NCBI GenBank assembly: GCA_947626335.1
Contig: CANQRY010000004.1
Span: 1 to 52,969 of the forward strand
DNA length: 52,969 bases
Reading direction: 5' to 3'
From: an uncultured Clostridia bacterium
Lineage (GTDB): Bacteria > Bacillota > Clostridia > TANB77 > CAG-508
Part shown: positions 20,555-30,436 of the stretch, piece by piece
Layout of the letters: each line of letters begins with the position of its first letter
How positions within the stretch are numbered: the stretch's first letter is position 1
Program-made: the position numbers and the translations under genes
Notes under the pieces: model-generated
Seen by the model: the letters and a program-made list of their open reading frames with translations, nothing else
What the model was told of the DNA's origin: nothing
Database searches by the model: none

Positions 20555-20878
20555 ATGAAAACTAAGTTTGAGGAGAAAAATAATGTACTATACCTTGAAA
20601 TAACAGAAGAAATTGATCATCATACTACAGAAAAAATAAGGAGGGTAATGGATAATGAAATTACAAGATTTATGCCTAGAAAAATTGTATTTGATTTTAG
20701 TAATGTTTCTTTCATGGATAGTGCAGGAATAGGGCTTTTAATAGGAAGATATAAGCTAATTAAATTATTAGGAGGAGCAGCAGAAATTATAAATGCAAAT
20801 AAAAGTATTTCAAAAGTGTTAGAAATGAGTGGAGTATTAAAAATTATTCCAATTCAAAAAGAAAAGAAAGTAGGATGA
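20555..20878 (+). CDS. spoIIAA: Anti-sigma F factor antagonist
   Basis: EIDHH, FMDSAGIG.LIGRYK; operon context. Confidence 0.95.
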   Translation: MKTKFEEKNNVLYLEITEEIDHHTTEKIRRVMDNEITRFMPRKIVFDFSNVSFMDSAGIGLLIGRYKLIKLLGGAAEIINANKSISKVLEMSGVLKIIPIQKEKKVG

Positions 20879-20928
20879 AATTTATTTTCCAACCAAATTT
20901 GTACATGAGAAAGGAAGGTTGAATAAAA

Positions 20929-21408
20929 ATGAAAAGTAGATATGATAATGAAATGGAATTAGACTTTTTAAGTAAGTCAAACAACGAAGCATTTGCACGT
21001 ATTACTGTTGCAGCATTTGCTGCACAATTAGACCCAACAATAGAGGAACTAGCAGATATTAAAACTGCTGTATCAGAGGCAGTTACAAACTCAATTATTC
21101 ATGGATATGAAAATACGGAAGGCTTAGTAAAAATAAAGGCAACATTACTTAATAATGTGGTCCAAATAGAAATATCTGATAATGGCAAAGGCATTGAGGA
21201 CATAGAACTTGCAAGAAAACCGCTTTATACAAGTAAAGGAAATTTAGAAAGGTCTGGAATGGGCTTTACTATTATGGAAAGTTTTATGGATGAAGTTGAA
21301 ATTCATTCAGTTGTAGGAATTGGCACAAAAATAATTATGAAAAAGAAAATAAATAAGGAGAATAATAAAGAGGAAATAGAAGAAGAAAAAAATGCTCTAA
21401 TAGACTAA
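20929..21408 (+). CDS. spoIIAB: Anti-sigma F factor / kinase
   Basis: [37 protein letters not shown]. Confidence 0.97.
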   Translation: MKSRYDNEMELDFLSKSNNEAFARITVAAFAAQLDPTIEELADIKTAVSEAVTNSIIHGYENTEGLVKIKATLLNNVVQIEISDNGKGIEDIELARKPLYTSKGNLERSGMGFTIMESFMDEVEIHSVVGIGTKIIMKKKINKENNKEEIEEEKNALID

Positions 21409-21416
21409 TTTTACAA

Positions 21417-22172
21417 ATGAAAAGTAGGGAGGCATTTAAATTGCAGGATGAATTTGAAAACAAAGCAGAAGATATTATTAAAGCACAACAGGGTGACAAA
21501 GAAGCAATGTCGTATTTAATAGAAAAAAATAAAGGGCTTATTTGGAATATTGTAAAACGTTTTCAAGGTAGAGGTCATGAAATAGAAGATTTATATCAAG
21601 TTGGAGTTATGGGATTTATAAAATGTATTAAAAGGTTTGATAGTAATTTTGATGTTAGGCTATCTACCTATGCTGTTCCATACATATTAGGAGAAGTAAA
21701 AAGATATATTAGAGATAATGGACCTATAAAAATCAGCAGAAGTTTAAAAGAAATGGCAGCAAAGGTACTAGATATAAAAAATGATTATTATAAGAAAAAT
21801 GGAAGAGAAATAAAGGTTGAAGAATTAGCAAATACTTTAAAAATTTCAAAAGAAGAATTAGCATTAGTTTTAGATACTTTTCAGCCTATAAACTCAATAG
21901 ATGAGCAGTTATACGAAGAAAATGATGACGGCATGACATTACTAGATAAAATGAAAAGTGGTGTAGATGAAGCCACTTTAGTTACAAATAAGGTATGTAT
22001 TGAACAAGTAATACAAAAGCTAAAGAAAAAAGAAAGAGAAGTTATACTTCTTAGATACTATAGAGGCAAAACCCAAACTGAAATAGCTAAAATACTTGGA
22101 ATGACCCAAGTACAAGTATCTAGAGTAGAAAGAAAAGCTTTAGAACTAATGAAAACAAAATTAGCGGGCTAG
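21417..22172 (+). CDS. sigF: RNA polymerase sporulation sigma factor F
   Basis: EDLYQVG, STYAVPYILGE, ISRSLKE, TQVQVSR; follows spoIIAB; true start may be TTG 21441. Confidence 0.93.
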   Translation: MKSREAFKLQDEFENKAEDIIKAQQGDKEAMSYLIEKNKGLIWNIVKRFQGRGHEIEDLYQVGVMGFIKCIKRFDSNFDVRLSTYAVPYILGEVKRYIRDNGPIKISRSLKEMAAKVLDIKNDYYKKNGREIKVEELANTLKISKEELALVLDTFQPINSIDEQLYEENDDGMTLLDKMKSGVDEATLVTNKVCIEQVIQKLKKKEREVILLRYYRGKTQTEIAKILGMTQVQVSRVERKALELMKTKLAG

Positions 22173-22188
22173 CTAAAAAGGAGTAAAT

Positions 22189-23178
22189 TTGAAGAGGTAT
22201 ATTATTTATTTATTGCTTTTTTTGTGTATTTGTTTTTTAGTTCCAATTATATTTACAGCTTCTTTTAGAATAGCTTCAGTTAATACTACAAACAATGAGA
22301 TTACAGTAGAAGCTACCTATGATTATAAACAATATAAAAAAGTAAAGCTATTACATAAAAAAACTGGCAAAATAGAAGAACTACCATTTGAAGAATATAT
22401 ATATGGTGTGGTAAGTAGCGAAATGCCAGTAACTTACGAAAAAGAAGCCCTAAAAGCACAGGCAATTGTAGCAAGAACGTATACTTTGTACAAAATAGTG
22501 CAAAATAGTTCTAAACATAAAGGGGCAGATATTTGTGATGATTCAAGCTGTTGCCAAGCATGGATTTCAAAAGAAGATAGACTTAGCAAATGGGATGAAT
22601 CTTTAAGAAAGCAAAATTGGAATAAAATTGTAAACTGCGTAAATGAAACACAAGGAAAGATAATTACATATGAAAATAAGCCAATAAATGCATTTTTTCA
22701 TTCTAATAGTGGAGGAAGTACAGAAGCCCCTATAAACGTATGGGGCGGAAGCGGATATCCATATTTACAGTCAGTACAAACTTCTGGAGAAGATGCATAT
22801 TCACAGTACTCATCAGATGCTACAGTAACAAAGGAAGAATTTGAAAAAACTATAAAAAAAGCACATAGCAATTTTGAAATAGATTTTAATGATAAAAAAT
22901 GTATTGAAGTAAAAGAATACACAGAAGGAGGCAGAGTAAAAACTATTAAAATTGGAAATGTAGAACTATCTGGAGTAGAAGTAAGAACTCTTTTTGGTTT
23001 AAGGTCAGCTAATTTTACTATAGAACTTGATAAAAATAATGTAAAATTCAAAGTAATAGGCTATGGACATGGTGTTGGCATGAGCCAAACAGGAGCAGAT
23101 AGTTTAGCAAAACAAGGACAAAATTATGAACAAATTATTCATCATTTTTATACAAACGTAGAAATACAAGATATATAA
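22189..23178 (+). CDS. spoIID: Stage II sporulation protein D
   Basis: GVVSSEMP..EALKAQAIVARTY, ICDDSSCCQAW, GYGHGVGMSQ. Confidence 0.95.
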   Translation: MKRYIIYLLLFLCICFLVPIIFTASFRIASVNTTNNEITVEATYDYKQYKKVKLLHKKTGKIEELPFEEYIYGVVSSEMPVTYEKEALKAQAIVARTYTLYKIVQNSSKHKGADICDDSSCCQAWISKEDRLSKWDESLRKQNWNKIVNCVNETQGKIITYENKPINAFFHSNSGGSTEAPINVWGGSGYPYLQSVQTSGEDAYSQYSSDATVTKEEFEKTIKKAHSNFEIDFNDKKCIEVKEYTEGGRVKTIKIGNVELSGVEVRTLFGLRSANFTIELDKNNVKFKVIGYGHGVGMSQTGADSLAKQGQNYEQIIHHFYTNVEIQDI

Positions 23179-23187
23179 ATTTTTTTT

Positions 23188-23217
23188 GTATAATTTTCTT
23201 AAAAATTGTTAATAATG
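23188..23217 (+). promoter_or_regulatory. Putative sigma-F promoter
   Basis: GTATA-15-GTTAATAATG, one mismatch to GYATA-15-GGnnAnAHTR, ahead of the spoIIQ-like gene. Confidence 0.5.
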
Positions 23218-23247
23218 GTACTAATGAAAAATTAAGGAGGAAATTTT

Positions 23248-24057
23248 ATGAGAAGAGACAATAGAAGAAGTCAAATTGATGAAGGGCTAGATGCAAAAAA
23301 AATGTTATATATCATAGGCAGTATTTTATCTTTAGCAGTAATTGTTTTTGTAATAACATTTTTAATTTATAGTAATGAACTTGAAAAAAGCACTCAGCTT
23401 GGTAGTTTAGATACAAATAATATTGGAACAATTAAAGCAGAGGATGCAAGTATTGATTATGGTAAAACAGTAAATGAAATGCAAAACGAAATAACAAATG
23501 AAGTAGCAAATAATGATGATATAGAAGAAAACAAATCATCTGGAACAAATACTGTAGACAAAATAGCAATAAATACAAGTGTAAACCAAACAGATACGAA
23601 ACCAAAAAATGAAGAAACAAAACCAGAAGAAAAGGAAGAAAAAATTCCAGACCCTGAATTTCAAAAACCTATTAGTGGAGATATAATAAAAGAATTTGCA
23701 GAAAATAAACTTGTATATTCTTCTACACTAGATGTTTGGTCAACACATAATGGAATTGATATTCAAGCAGAGAAAACAACAGTTGTAAAAGCATCTGCAG
23801 AAGGAAAAGTAACTTCTATAAAAAATGATCCACGTTATGGTTTAACTGTAATAATAGAACATGCAAATGGCTATAAAACTGTATATGCAAATCTTTTATC
23901 ATCAGAATTTGTAGTAGAAGGTGAAGAAGTAAAACAAGGACAAAGCATAGGTACAGTTGGAAATACTGCATCATTTGAAATATCAGATGAACCACATTTG
24001 CATTTTGAGCTATTAAAAAATAATGAGCAGCAAGATCCAGAGTTGTATTTAAATTAA
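23248..24057 (+). CDS. spoIIQ: SpoIIQ-like M23 family membrane protein
   Basis: N-terminal TM; YSSTLDVWSTHNGIDI, PHLHFE; follows spoIID. Confidence 0.75.
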   Translation: MRRDNRRSQIDEGLDAKKMLYIIGSILSLAVIVFVITFLIYSNELEKSTQLGSLDTNNIGTIKAEDASIDYGKTVNEMQNEITNEVANNDDIEENKSSGTNTVDKIAINTSVNQTDTKPKNEETKPEEKEEKIPDPEFQKPISGDIIKEFAENKLVYSSTLDVWSTHNGIDIQAEKTTVVKASAEGKVTSIKNDPRYGLTVIIEHANGYKTVYANLLSSEFVVEGEEVKQGQSIGTVGNTASFEISDEPHLHFELLKNNEQQDPELYLN

Positions 24058-24128
24058 GTAAAATACTGGCTTAAATAATCTCATATATAAGCTTCTTGTC
24101 TTAAAATGAAAGAGATTATTTTAAGAAA

Positions 24129-24161
24129 CACAAAAAGCAGTGAGAAACACTGCTTTTTGTG
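24129..24161. terminator. Bidirectional intrinsic terminator
   Basis: CACAAAAAGCAGTG / CACTGCTTTTTGTG. Confidence 0.85.
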
Positions 24162-24183
24162 CGAAATTACTGTTAGTTAAAAT

Positions 24184-25035
24184 TTAGGCTGCTTGAAATT
24201 TTCCATAGTCGATTTCACTGGTAAATTCGATGCCTTCTGCTTTAGCCATTTGAACAACAAATTTGTGAATGGCTATTAAATTTTGGATGGATAAATTAGT
24301 TCCAGTTGTCAGCCAGCCCTCAACCTTTACGCCTATTGTGCCATCATACTGATACTGAAAAAGAACTCTATCAATATTAATATTCTTTCTCATCGTGACT
24401 GAACAACTATAGTCGCTAGAATTACCTCTGCCTTCGTACCTGTCCCACTGAATGACCATATAAAATTCATCATTTGACAATGGGAGTTCATCATCATATG
24501 GCTCGACATGAACGAAAATATCCTCAGGTCTTGTTTCACGTCTTGCCTCGATGATTTCTTCAGCTAGTTCAAGAATTTCCCTTGCCATGTCCTGCTCCGT
24601 CATTTCTTTCGGAGTAGTAATAGTGCCGGATGGCAAATCGGCAATTCTTTTTGCTTCTGCGTCTTTTTCCAACTGACGCATTTCATCATTCTCAGGGAAC
24701 CTACCGCTTTTTTTGATGTATTCAACCAAACTACTCATCAGATAATCATCAGGAAGATTTTGGTATCTTATAATGTGGTCCAGATACCCTTCTACTCTCC
24801 CAAGAAAATCCTTTTTCAGGTATTCTCTCACTTCTGCTTCGCTTTTCATTGTTACAACAGTTGATAGTTCATCAGGGCAACCCGTAAAAGGGTCAAGGTT
24901 CGCATAAACGGACACCTTACCTTCTTTCTGGAATACTTCGAACAGGTTTCTTTCGTTCTCTGCATTCACATCACATAACTTCCGCAAATCCCGAATTACT
25001 GTGCGATTTACACTTCCATTGTAATTTCTAATCAT
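24184..25035 (-). CDS. GC-richer orphan protein (283 aa)
   Basis: Long ORF, AGGAGG RBS, TGGTATAAT extended -10; no family recognised. Confidence 0.75.
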   Translation of the reverse strand: MIRNYNGSVNRTVIRDLRKLCDVNAENERNLFEVFQKEGKVSVYANLDPFTGCPDELSTVVTMKSEAEVREYLKKDFLGRVEGYLDHIIRYQNLPDDYLMSSLVEYIKKSGRFPENDEMRQLEKDAEAKRIADLPSGTITTPKEMTEQDMAREILELAEEIIEARRETRPEDIFVHVEPYDDELPLSNDEFYMVIQWDRYEGRGNSSDYSCSVTMRKNINIDRVLFQYQYDGTIGVKVEGWLTTGTNLSIQNLIAIHKFVVQMAKAEGIEFTSEIDYGKFQAA

Positions 25036-25244
25036 TTTTATTCCTCCTAAAATTTTACTAATCTTCTTGTATAACATATGCTGAAAAAGAGGATTAACAA
25101 AAAGATTACGTATATATTATACCATAATTTACATAAAAATAAAATATTTATATAAAAATTATTTTATATAAATAAAAACATTGAAAACTAGCCGTAATTA
25201 ATATATAATTAAAGCATCAAAAGCTAAAGGAGAAAAGTTAGAGT

Positions 25245-28200
25245 ATGGCAGATGTAAAGTGGACAAAAGAACAACTACAAGCAATAGAAGAAAAAGGGTC
25301 AAATATTTTAGTAGCCGCTGCTGCAGGTAGTGGTAAAACTGCTGTGCTCGTTGAAAGAATTATACATAAAATAATTTGTGAAAAAATAGATATAGATAAA
25401 ATGTTAGTAGTAACATTTACAAACGCTGCTGCTAGCGAAATGAGAGAAAGAATACTAGAAGCTATATATAAAAAGCTAGAAACTGAGCCACAAAATGTTC
25501 ATTTACAAAGACAAATTACACTATTAAATAAAGCAAGTATCTGCACAATTCACTCATTTTGTTTAGATGTAATACGAAACCACTTTTACGAAATAAATAT
25601 GCCAAATAATTTTAGAGTAGCAGATACTGCAGAAATAGACCTTTTAAAGCAAGACACATTAGAAGACTTATTTGAAGAAAAATATGAACAAGAAAACAAA
25701 GAATTTATAGAATTGCTAGAAACATATTCATCTTATAGGTCAGACGATAATTTGCAAGAACTAATATTAAATATATATAATTTTATTCAAAGCACTCCAT
25801 ATCCAGAAAAATGGCTTGAAAACAGTATTAAATTATTTGAAGAAAACTTAAATGCAAGTGATTTTTCTAAAACTATTTGGGGAGAAATTTTAATTAATTA
25901 TGCAAAAGAAGCAATAGCAGAATCTATTATGCAGCTTCAAGATATAAATAACGAATTAAGAAAACATGTAGAACTTGCAAAATTTTTTCAAACAATATCT
26001 GAAGAAATTATAGAACTTCAAGGAATTTTAGAAACATGTGATAACTGGGACATAACATATCAAAAACTTCAAAATTTTAATTTTAAAAAATGGCCAGTAG
26101 ATAAACAAGTAACTTTAAGCTTAAAAGAAGAGGCTAAAAGCATAAGAGATAGTGTAAAAAAGAAAATAAACGAAAAAATAAAAAATATAATTTGCAAAGA
26201 ATCTTTAGAAATATCTGAAGACTTTAAAACAATGCTTCCAATTATGCAAAGTTTAAAAAACATAGTTTTAGAATTTTCAAAAAAATTTGCAGAAAATAAA
26301 AAAGAAAAAAATATTATTGATTTTAATGATATAGAGCATTTAGCATTAAAAATATTAGTAGATGAAAATGGTAAAAAAACTGAAACTTCAAAAAAATATA
26401 CAGAGAAATTTTTAGAAATTGCAATAGATGAGTACCAAGATAGCAACTTAGTGCAAGAAGCGATTTTAAATAGTGTTTCAAATGGAAAAAATATTTTCAT
26501 GGTTGGAGACGTAAAACAAAGTATATATAAATTTAGAGGCGCAAGGCCAGAACTATTTTTAGATAAATATGAAAAATACAAATTAAAAGAAGAATTAAAA
26601 ACTGACGATAATTTAAAAATTCAACTATTTCGCAATTTTAGAAGCAGACAAAACATACTAGATTTTACAAATTTAGTATTTGAAGCTATTATGACAAAAG
26701 AAGTTGGGAACATTTTATATAATGAAATAGAATACTTAAATTATGGTGCAAACTATCCAGAGCCAGAAGAGAAAAAAGCAAATTATGCAGGAATAGCTGA
26801 AATGCTAATTTTAGATTTAAAAGAAGAAGAAGGTAGTATAACTGCCTTCCAAAGTGATACTGAAGAACCAGAAGATGATGAAGCAGAAAGAGTAGAAGAT
26901 GAAGTATTAGAAGCAAAATTAGTTGCAAACAAAATACAAGAGCTTTTAAAAAGTAATTATTTAGTTTATGATAAAAATAAAGGTTATAGACCTATTAAAC
27001 CAAAAGATATTGTAATACTTTTAAGGGCTACAAGTACGCTAGCACCTATTTATGAAAAGGAATTATTAGATTTAAATCTTCCTGTATTTAGCGATAGCTC
27101 TACTTCATACTTAGAAACAGTAGAAGTAGAAACTATACTTTCAGTACTAAAAATTATAGATAACCCTATGCAAGACATTCCATTAGTAGTAGTTTTAAGG
27201 TCTATAATAGGAAATTTTACAGACAATGATTTAATTAAAATAAGACTAATAGATAGAAATTGCAGTTTTTACGAGGCTTTAGTAAAGGCAAGAATAAGTG
27301 TAGAAGATTTATTAAAAGAAAAAATAGAAAAGCTATTTAAAAAATTAGAAGACTGGAAAACAAAAGAAAAATACATGGCTTTAGATGAGCTTATTTGGCA
27401 AATATATTTGGATACAGGCTATTATCAGTATGTAGGGTTACTTCCAAATGGTGCTTTAAGACAAGCAAACCTAAAAAGTTTATTTGAAAAAGCAAAACAA
27501 TATGAATCAGCAAGTTATAAAGGCTTATTTAATTTTATTAACTTTATTGAAAAGCTAAAAGGACAAAATGGAGACTTATCTCCAGCAAAACTAATAGGAG
27601 AGAATGAAGACGTAATTAGAATTATGAGTATTCATAAGAGCAAAGGTTTAGAGTTTCCAATAGTATTTTTGTGTAATTGCCAAAAAAAATTTAATTTTAA
27701 AGACCTAAATGATAATATATTACTTCACCAAGACTTAGGTTTTGGACCTACTTTAATAAATACTAACAAACGCATAAAATACAATACTTTGGCAAAAGAA
27801 GCAATAAAACTAAAAATGAAGCAAGAAACTATTTCAGAAGAAGAAAGAATACTATATGTAGCCTTAACAAGAGCAAAAGAAAAGCTATATATTACAGCAA
27901 GAAGTAAAGATTTTGAAAAAGAATTAAATGCTAAAAAGCAAGAATTAAATTTATATTTTCCAAGTGATAATAGCTTAAAGTTAGATTATAAGCTAATTCA
28001 AAAAGGAAAATCATATTTAGATTGGCTACTATGCGTATACCTATTAGGCAAAGATACTAAAATTACTTTAAAAGGTAAAGAAATTCCTTTAGAAGAAATA
28101 GTTACTGTTAAAACATATACTAAAGGTGAATTACTAAAACTATTAGATAAAAAGAGCCAAGAAGAAGTAGTTAATATAAAAGAAATAATAAATGAAAATT

Positions 28201-28961
28201 TAAAAAAGGTTTCAAAAGTTGAATCAGAAAAAATACAAGAAGAATTAAAAAACACTTTAAATTGGACGTATTCAAATTTAATTGATACAAAACTTCCTAC
28301 TAAAACTTCTGTAACAAATATAAAGCAAGAAAAATTGCGCTTGCAAGAAGCAGAAAGCGTAAATTTAGAAGAACAAATACAGAAAGAAGATGAGCAAAAT
28401 ACCTTTAAAGAAATTGTGCCAAAATTTTTGGAAGAAACCACAAAAATATCAAATGCAAAAAAGGGAAGCTTAGTACACTTATGTATTCAAAAATTAGATG
28501 AAAAGAAAGACTATACCTTAGAAAGCATTAAAGCCTTAGTTCAAAATTTAGTAGAAAAAGAAATTATTACTTCAAATGAAGCAGATGCAATAGACACAAA
28601 TTTAATTTATAATTATACTAAATCAGATTTATTTAAAGAATTAAAAGAGGCAAAAGAAGTGCATAAAGAACAGCCATTTTATATTAGCCTTCCAGCAGAA
28701 GAAGTTATTAAAGAGGCAAAAGAAGCGGGCTCTAAAAAATACATATTAGTACAAGGAATAATTGACCTATATTATATAAATAAAAATGATGAACTAATTT
28801 TAATAGATTTTAAAACAGATTATATAGGAAAAGAAAAAGATGATAAGGAAAAAATTTATGAAAAATACAAAGTGCAATTAGACATATATAAAAGAGCACT
28901 AGAGCAAGCATTAGGAAGAAAAGTAAATAAAGCACAACTATATTTATTAAAAGATATTTAA
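25245..28961 (+). CDS. addA: ATP-dependent helicase/nuclease subunit A
   Basis: AAAGSGKT, DEYQD, VGDVKQSIYKFRGA, SIHKSKGLEF, C-terminal nuclease QGIID..IDFKTD..QL..Y. Confidence 0.96.
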   Translation: MADVKWTKEQLQAIEEKGSNILVAAAAGSGKTAVLVERIIHKIICEKIDIDKMLVVTFTNAAASEMRERILEAIYKKLETEPQNVHLQRQITLLNKASICTIHSFCLDVIRNHFYEINMPNNFRVADTAEIDLLKQDTLEDLFEEKYEQENKEFIELLETYSSYRSDDNLQELILNIYNFIQSTPYPEKWLENSIKLFEENLNASDFSKTIWGEILINYAKEAIAESIMQLQDINNELRKHVELAKFFQTISEEIIELQGILETCDNWDITYQKLQNFNFKKWPVDKQVTLSLKEEAKSIRDSVKKKINEKIKNIICKESLEISEDFKTMLPIMQSLKNIVLEFSKKFAENKKEKNIIDFNDIEHLALKILVDENGKKTETSKKYTEKFLEIAIDEYQDSNLVQEAILNSVSNGKNIFMVGDVKQSIYKFRGARPELFLDKYEKYKLKEELKTDDNLKIQLFRNFRSRQNILDFTNLVFEAIMTKEVGNILYNEIEYLNYGANYPEPEEKKANYAGIAEMLILDLKEEEGSITAFQSDTEEPEDDEAERVEDEVLEAKLVANKIQELLKSNYLVYDKNKGYRPIKPKDIVILLRATSTLAPIYEKELLDLNLPVFSDSSTSYLETVEVETILSVLKIIDNPMQDIPLVVVLRSIIGNFTDNDLIKIRLIDRNCSFYEALVKARISVEDLLKEKIEKLFKKLEDWKTKEKYMALDELIWQIYLDTGYYQYVGLLPNGALRQANLKSLFEKAKQYESASYKGLFNFINFIEKLKGQNGDLSPAKLIGENEDVIRIMSIHKSKGLEFPIVFLCNCQKKFNFKDLNDNILLHQDLGFGPTLINTNKRIKYNTLAKEAIKLKMKQETISEEERILYVALTRAKEKLYITARSKDFEKELNAKKQELNLYFPSDNSLKLDYKLIQKGKSYLDWLLCVYLLGKDTKITLKGKEIPLEEIVTVKTYTKGELLKLLDKKSQEEVVNIKEIINENLKKVSKVESEKIQEELKNTLNWTYSNLIDTKLPTKTSVTNIKQEKLRLQEAESVNLEEQIQKEDEQNTFKEIVPKFLEETTKISNAKKGSLVHLCIQKLDEKKDYTLESIKALVQNLVEKEIITSNEADAIDTNLIYNYTKSDLFKELKEAKEVHKEQPFYISLPAEEVIKEAKEAGSKKYILVQGIIDLYYINKNDELILIDFKTDYIGKEKDDKEKIYEKYKVQLDIYKRALEQALGRKVNKAQLYLLKDI

Positions 28962-28978
28962 AACTTTAGGAGGAATAT

Positions 28979-30418
28979 ATGAAAGAAAAATATGATATAA
29001 TTGCAGTTGGAGCTGGTCCAAGTTCAATATTTATGGCTTATGAATTAATTCAGCTTCACAAAGACAAAAGAATTTTACTAATAGAGCAGGGAAGAAAAGT
29101 AGAAGATAGATATTGCCCAATTGATAAAACAGGAAAATGCATTAAATGTAAACCATTTTGTAACATTACAAGCGGATTTTCAGGAGCAGGAGCATTTTCA
29201 GACGGAAAATTATCATTATACAATAAAGATGATGAAGACATACATATTGGCGGAATTTTGCACGAATACATAGGAGTTCCAAAAACCAAAGAATTAATAG
29301 ACTACACAGATAAAATATATTTAAAATTCGGTGCAGATACTAAACTTGAAGGAACAGAGCATAAAGAAGAAATTAAAAAAATTTATGACAAAGCAAAAAA
29401 AGAAGGAATTACTTTAATAAATATTCCAATTCGTCATTTAGGAACAGAAAAAGCACATGAACTATATAAAAAGCTAGAAAATTATCTAGAAGAACATAAT
29501 GTATCAATAATGTATCAAACAATAGTAGAAGACTTAATAATAGAAAAAAATGAAATTAAAGGTGTAAAAATAAAGCCTTCAAGTAAGCTTATGGATGAAG
29601 AAGCACAGCTAGAAGAAATTTATGCAGATAATGTAGTTTTAGCAGTTGGCAGAAAAGGAGCAAACTGGCTTGTAAATATGTGCGAAAAGCATAAAATAAA
29701 AACAACATCAGGAATTGTAGATATAGGTGTTCGTTATGAACTACCAGATAAAATTATGAAAGATATAAATACATACATGTATGAAGGAAAATTTGTAGGA
29801 AAACCAGAGCCCTTTAAAGATAAAATAAGAACATTTTGCCAAAATCCAAGTGGGTTTGTATCATCAGAAGTGTATGACAATAATTTAAGTTTAGTAAATG
29901 GGCATTCATATAAAGAAAGAAAAAGTACAAATACAAATTTAGCGATTTTAGTATCACACCACTTTACATATCCGTTTAATAAACCAATTGATTATGGTAG
30001 AAATGTAGCTAAAAACTTAAATGAACTAGGAGCAGGAAATATTTTAGTTCAAAGATTAGGCGATATTTATAGAGGAAAAAGAACATGGGAAAAGGAGCTA
30101 GCAAACAATAGCGTTGTACCAACATTAAAATCAGCAGTTCCAGGAGATATAACTTATGCAATTGGTTATAGAACAATGACAGATATTATAAACTTTATTC
30201 GTAGCATGGACAAAGTAATAGAAGGTTTTGCAGATCCAGATAATCTTTTATATGCACCAGAAATTAAGTTTTATAGTAATCAAGTAGTAATAGACAATAA
30301 CTTTGAGTCTAGCGTAAAAGGTTTATATTCTATAGGTGATGGCGGAGGAATGACTAGAGGCTTAATGATGGCATCTGCATCAGGAGTACAAATGGCAAGA
30401 ATATTAGCAGAAAAATAA
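28979..30418 (+). CDS. Uncharacterised FAD-dependent oxidoreductase
   Basis: VGAGP, GAGAFSDGKL, RTFCQNP.G.V, IGDGGG.TRGL. Confidence 0.9.
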   Translation: MKEKYDIIAVGAGPSSIFMAYELIQLHKDKRILLIEQGRKVEDRYCPIDKTGKCIKCKPFCNITSGFSGAGAFSDGKLSLYNKDDEDIHIGGILHEYIGVPKTKELIDYTDKIYLKFGADTKLEGTEHKEEIKKIYDKAKKEGITLINIPIRHLGTEKAHELYKKLENYLEEHNVSIMYQTIVEDLIIEKNEIKGVKIKPSSKLMDEEAQLEEIYADNVVLAVGRKGANWLVNMCEKHKIKTTSGIVDIGVRYELPDKIMKDINTYMYEGKFVGKPEPFKDKIRTFCQNPSGFVSSEVYDNNLSLVNGHSYKERKSTNTNLAILVSHHFTYPFNKPIDYGRNVAKNLNELGAGNILVQRLGDIYRGKRTWEKELANNSVVPTLKSAVPGDITYAIGYRTMTDIINFIRSMDKVIEGFADPDNLLYAPEIKFYSNQVVIDNNFESSVKGLYSIGDGGGMTRGLMMASASGVQMARILAEK

Positions 30419-30436
30419 AATAAAGGAGAAAAACTT

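Noticed and set aside
21249-21260. AGG as a second shifty codon
   Set aside because: AGG is in frame as Arg in the conserved ERSG motif of SpoIIAB and elsewhere, with no break.
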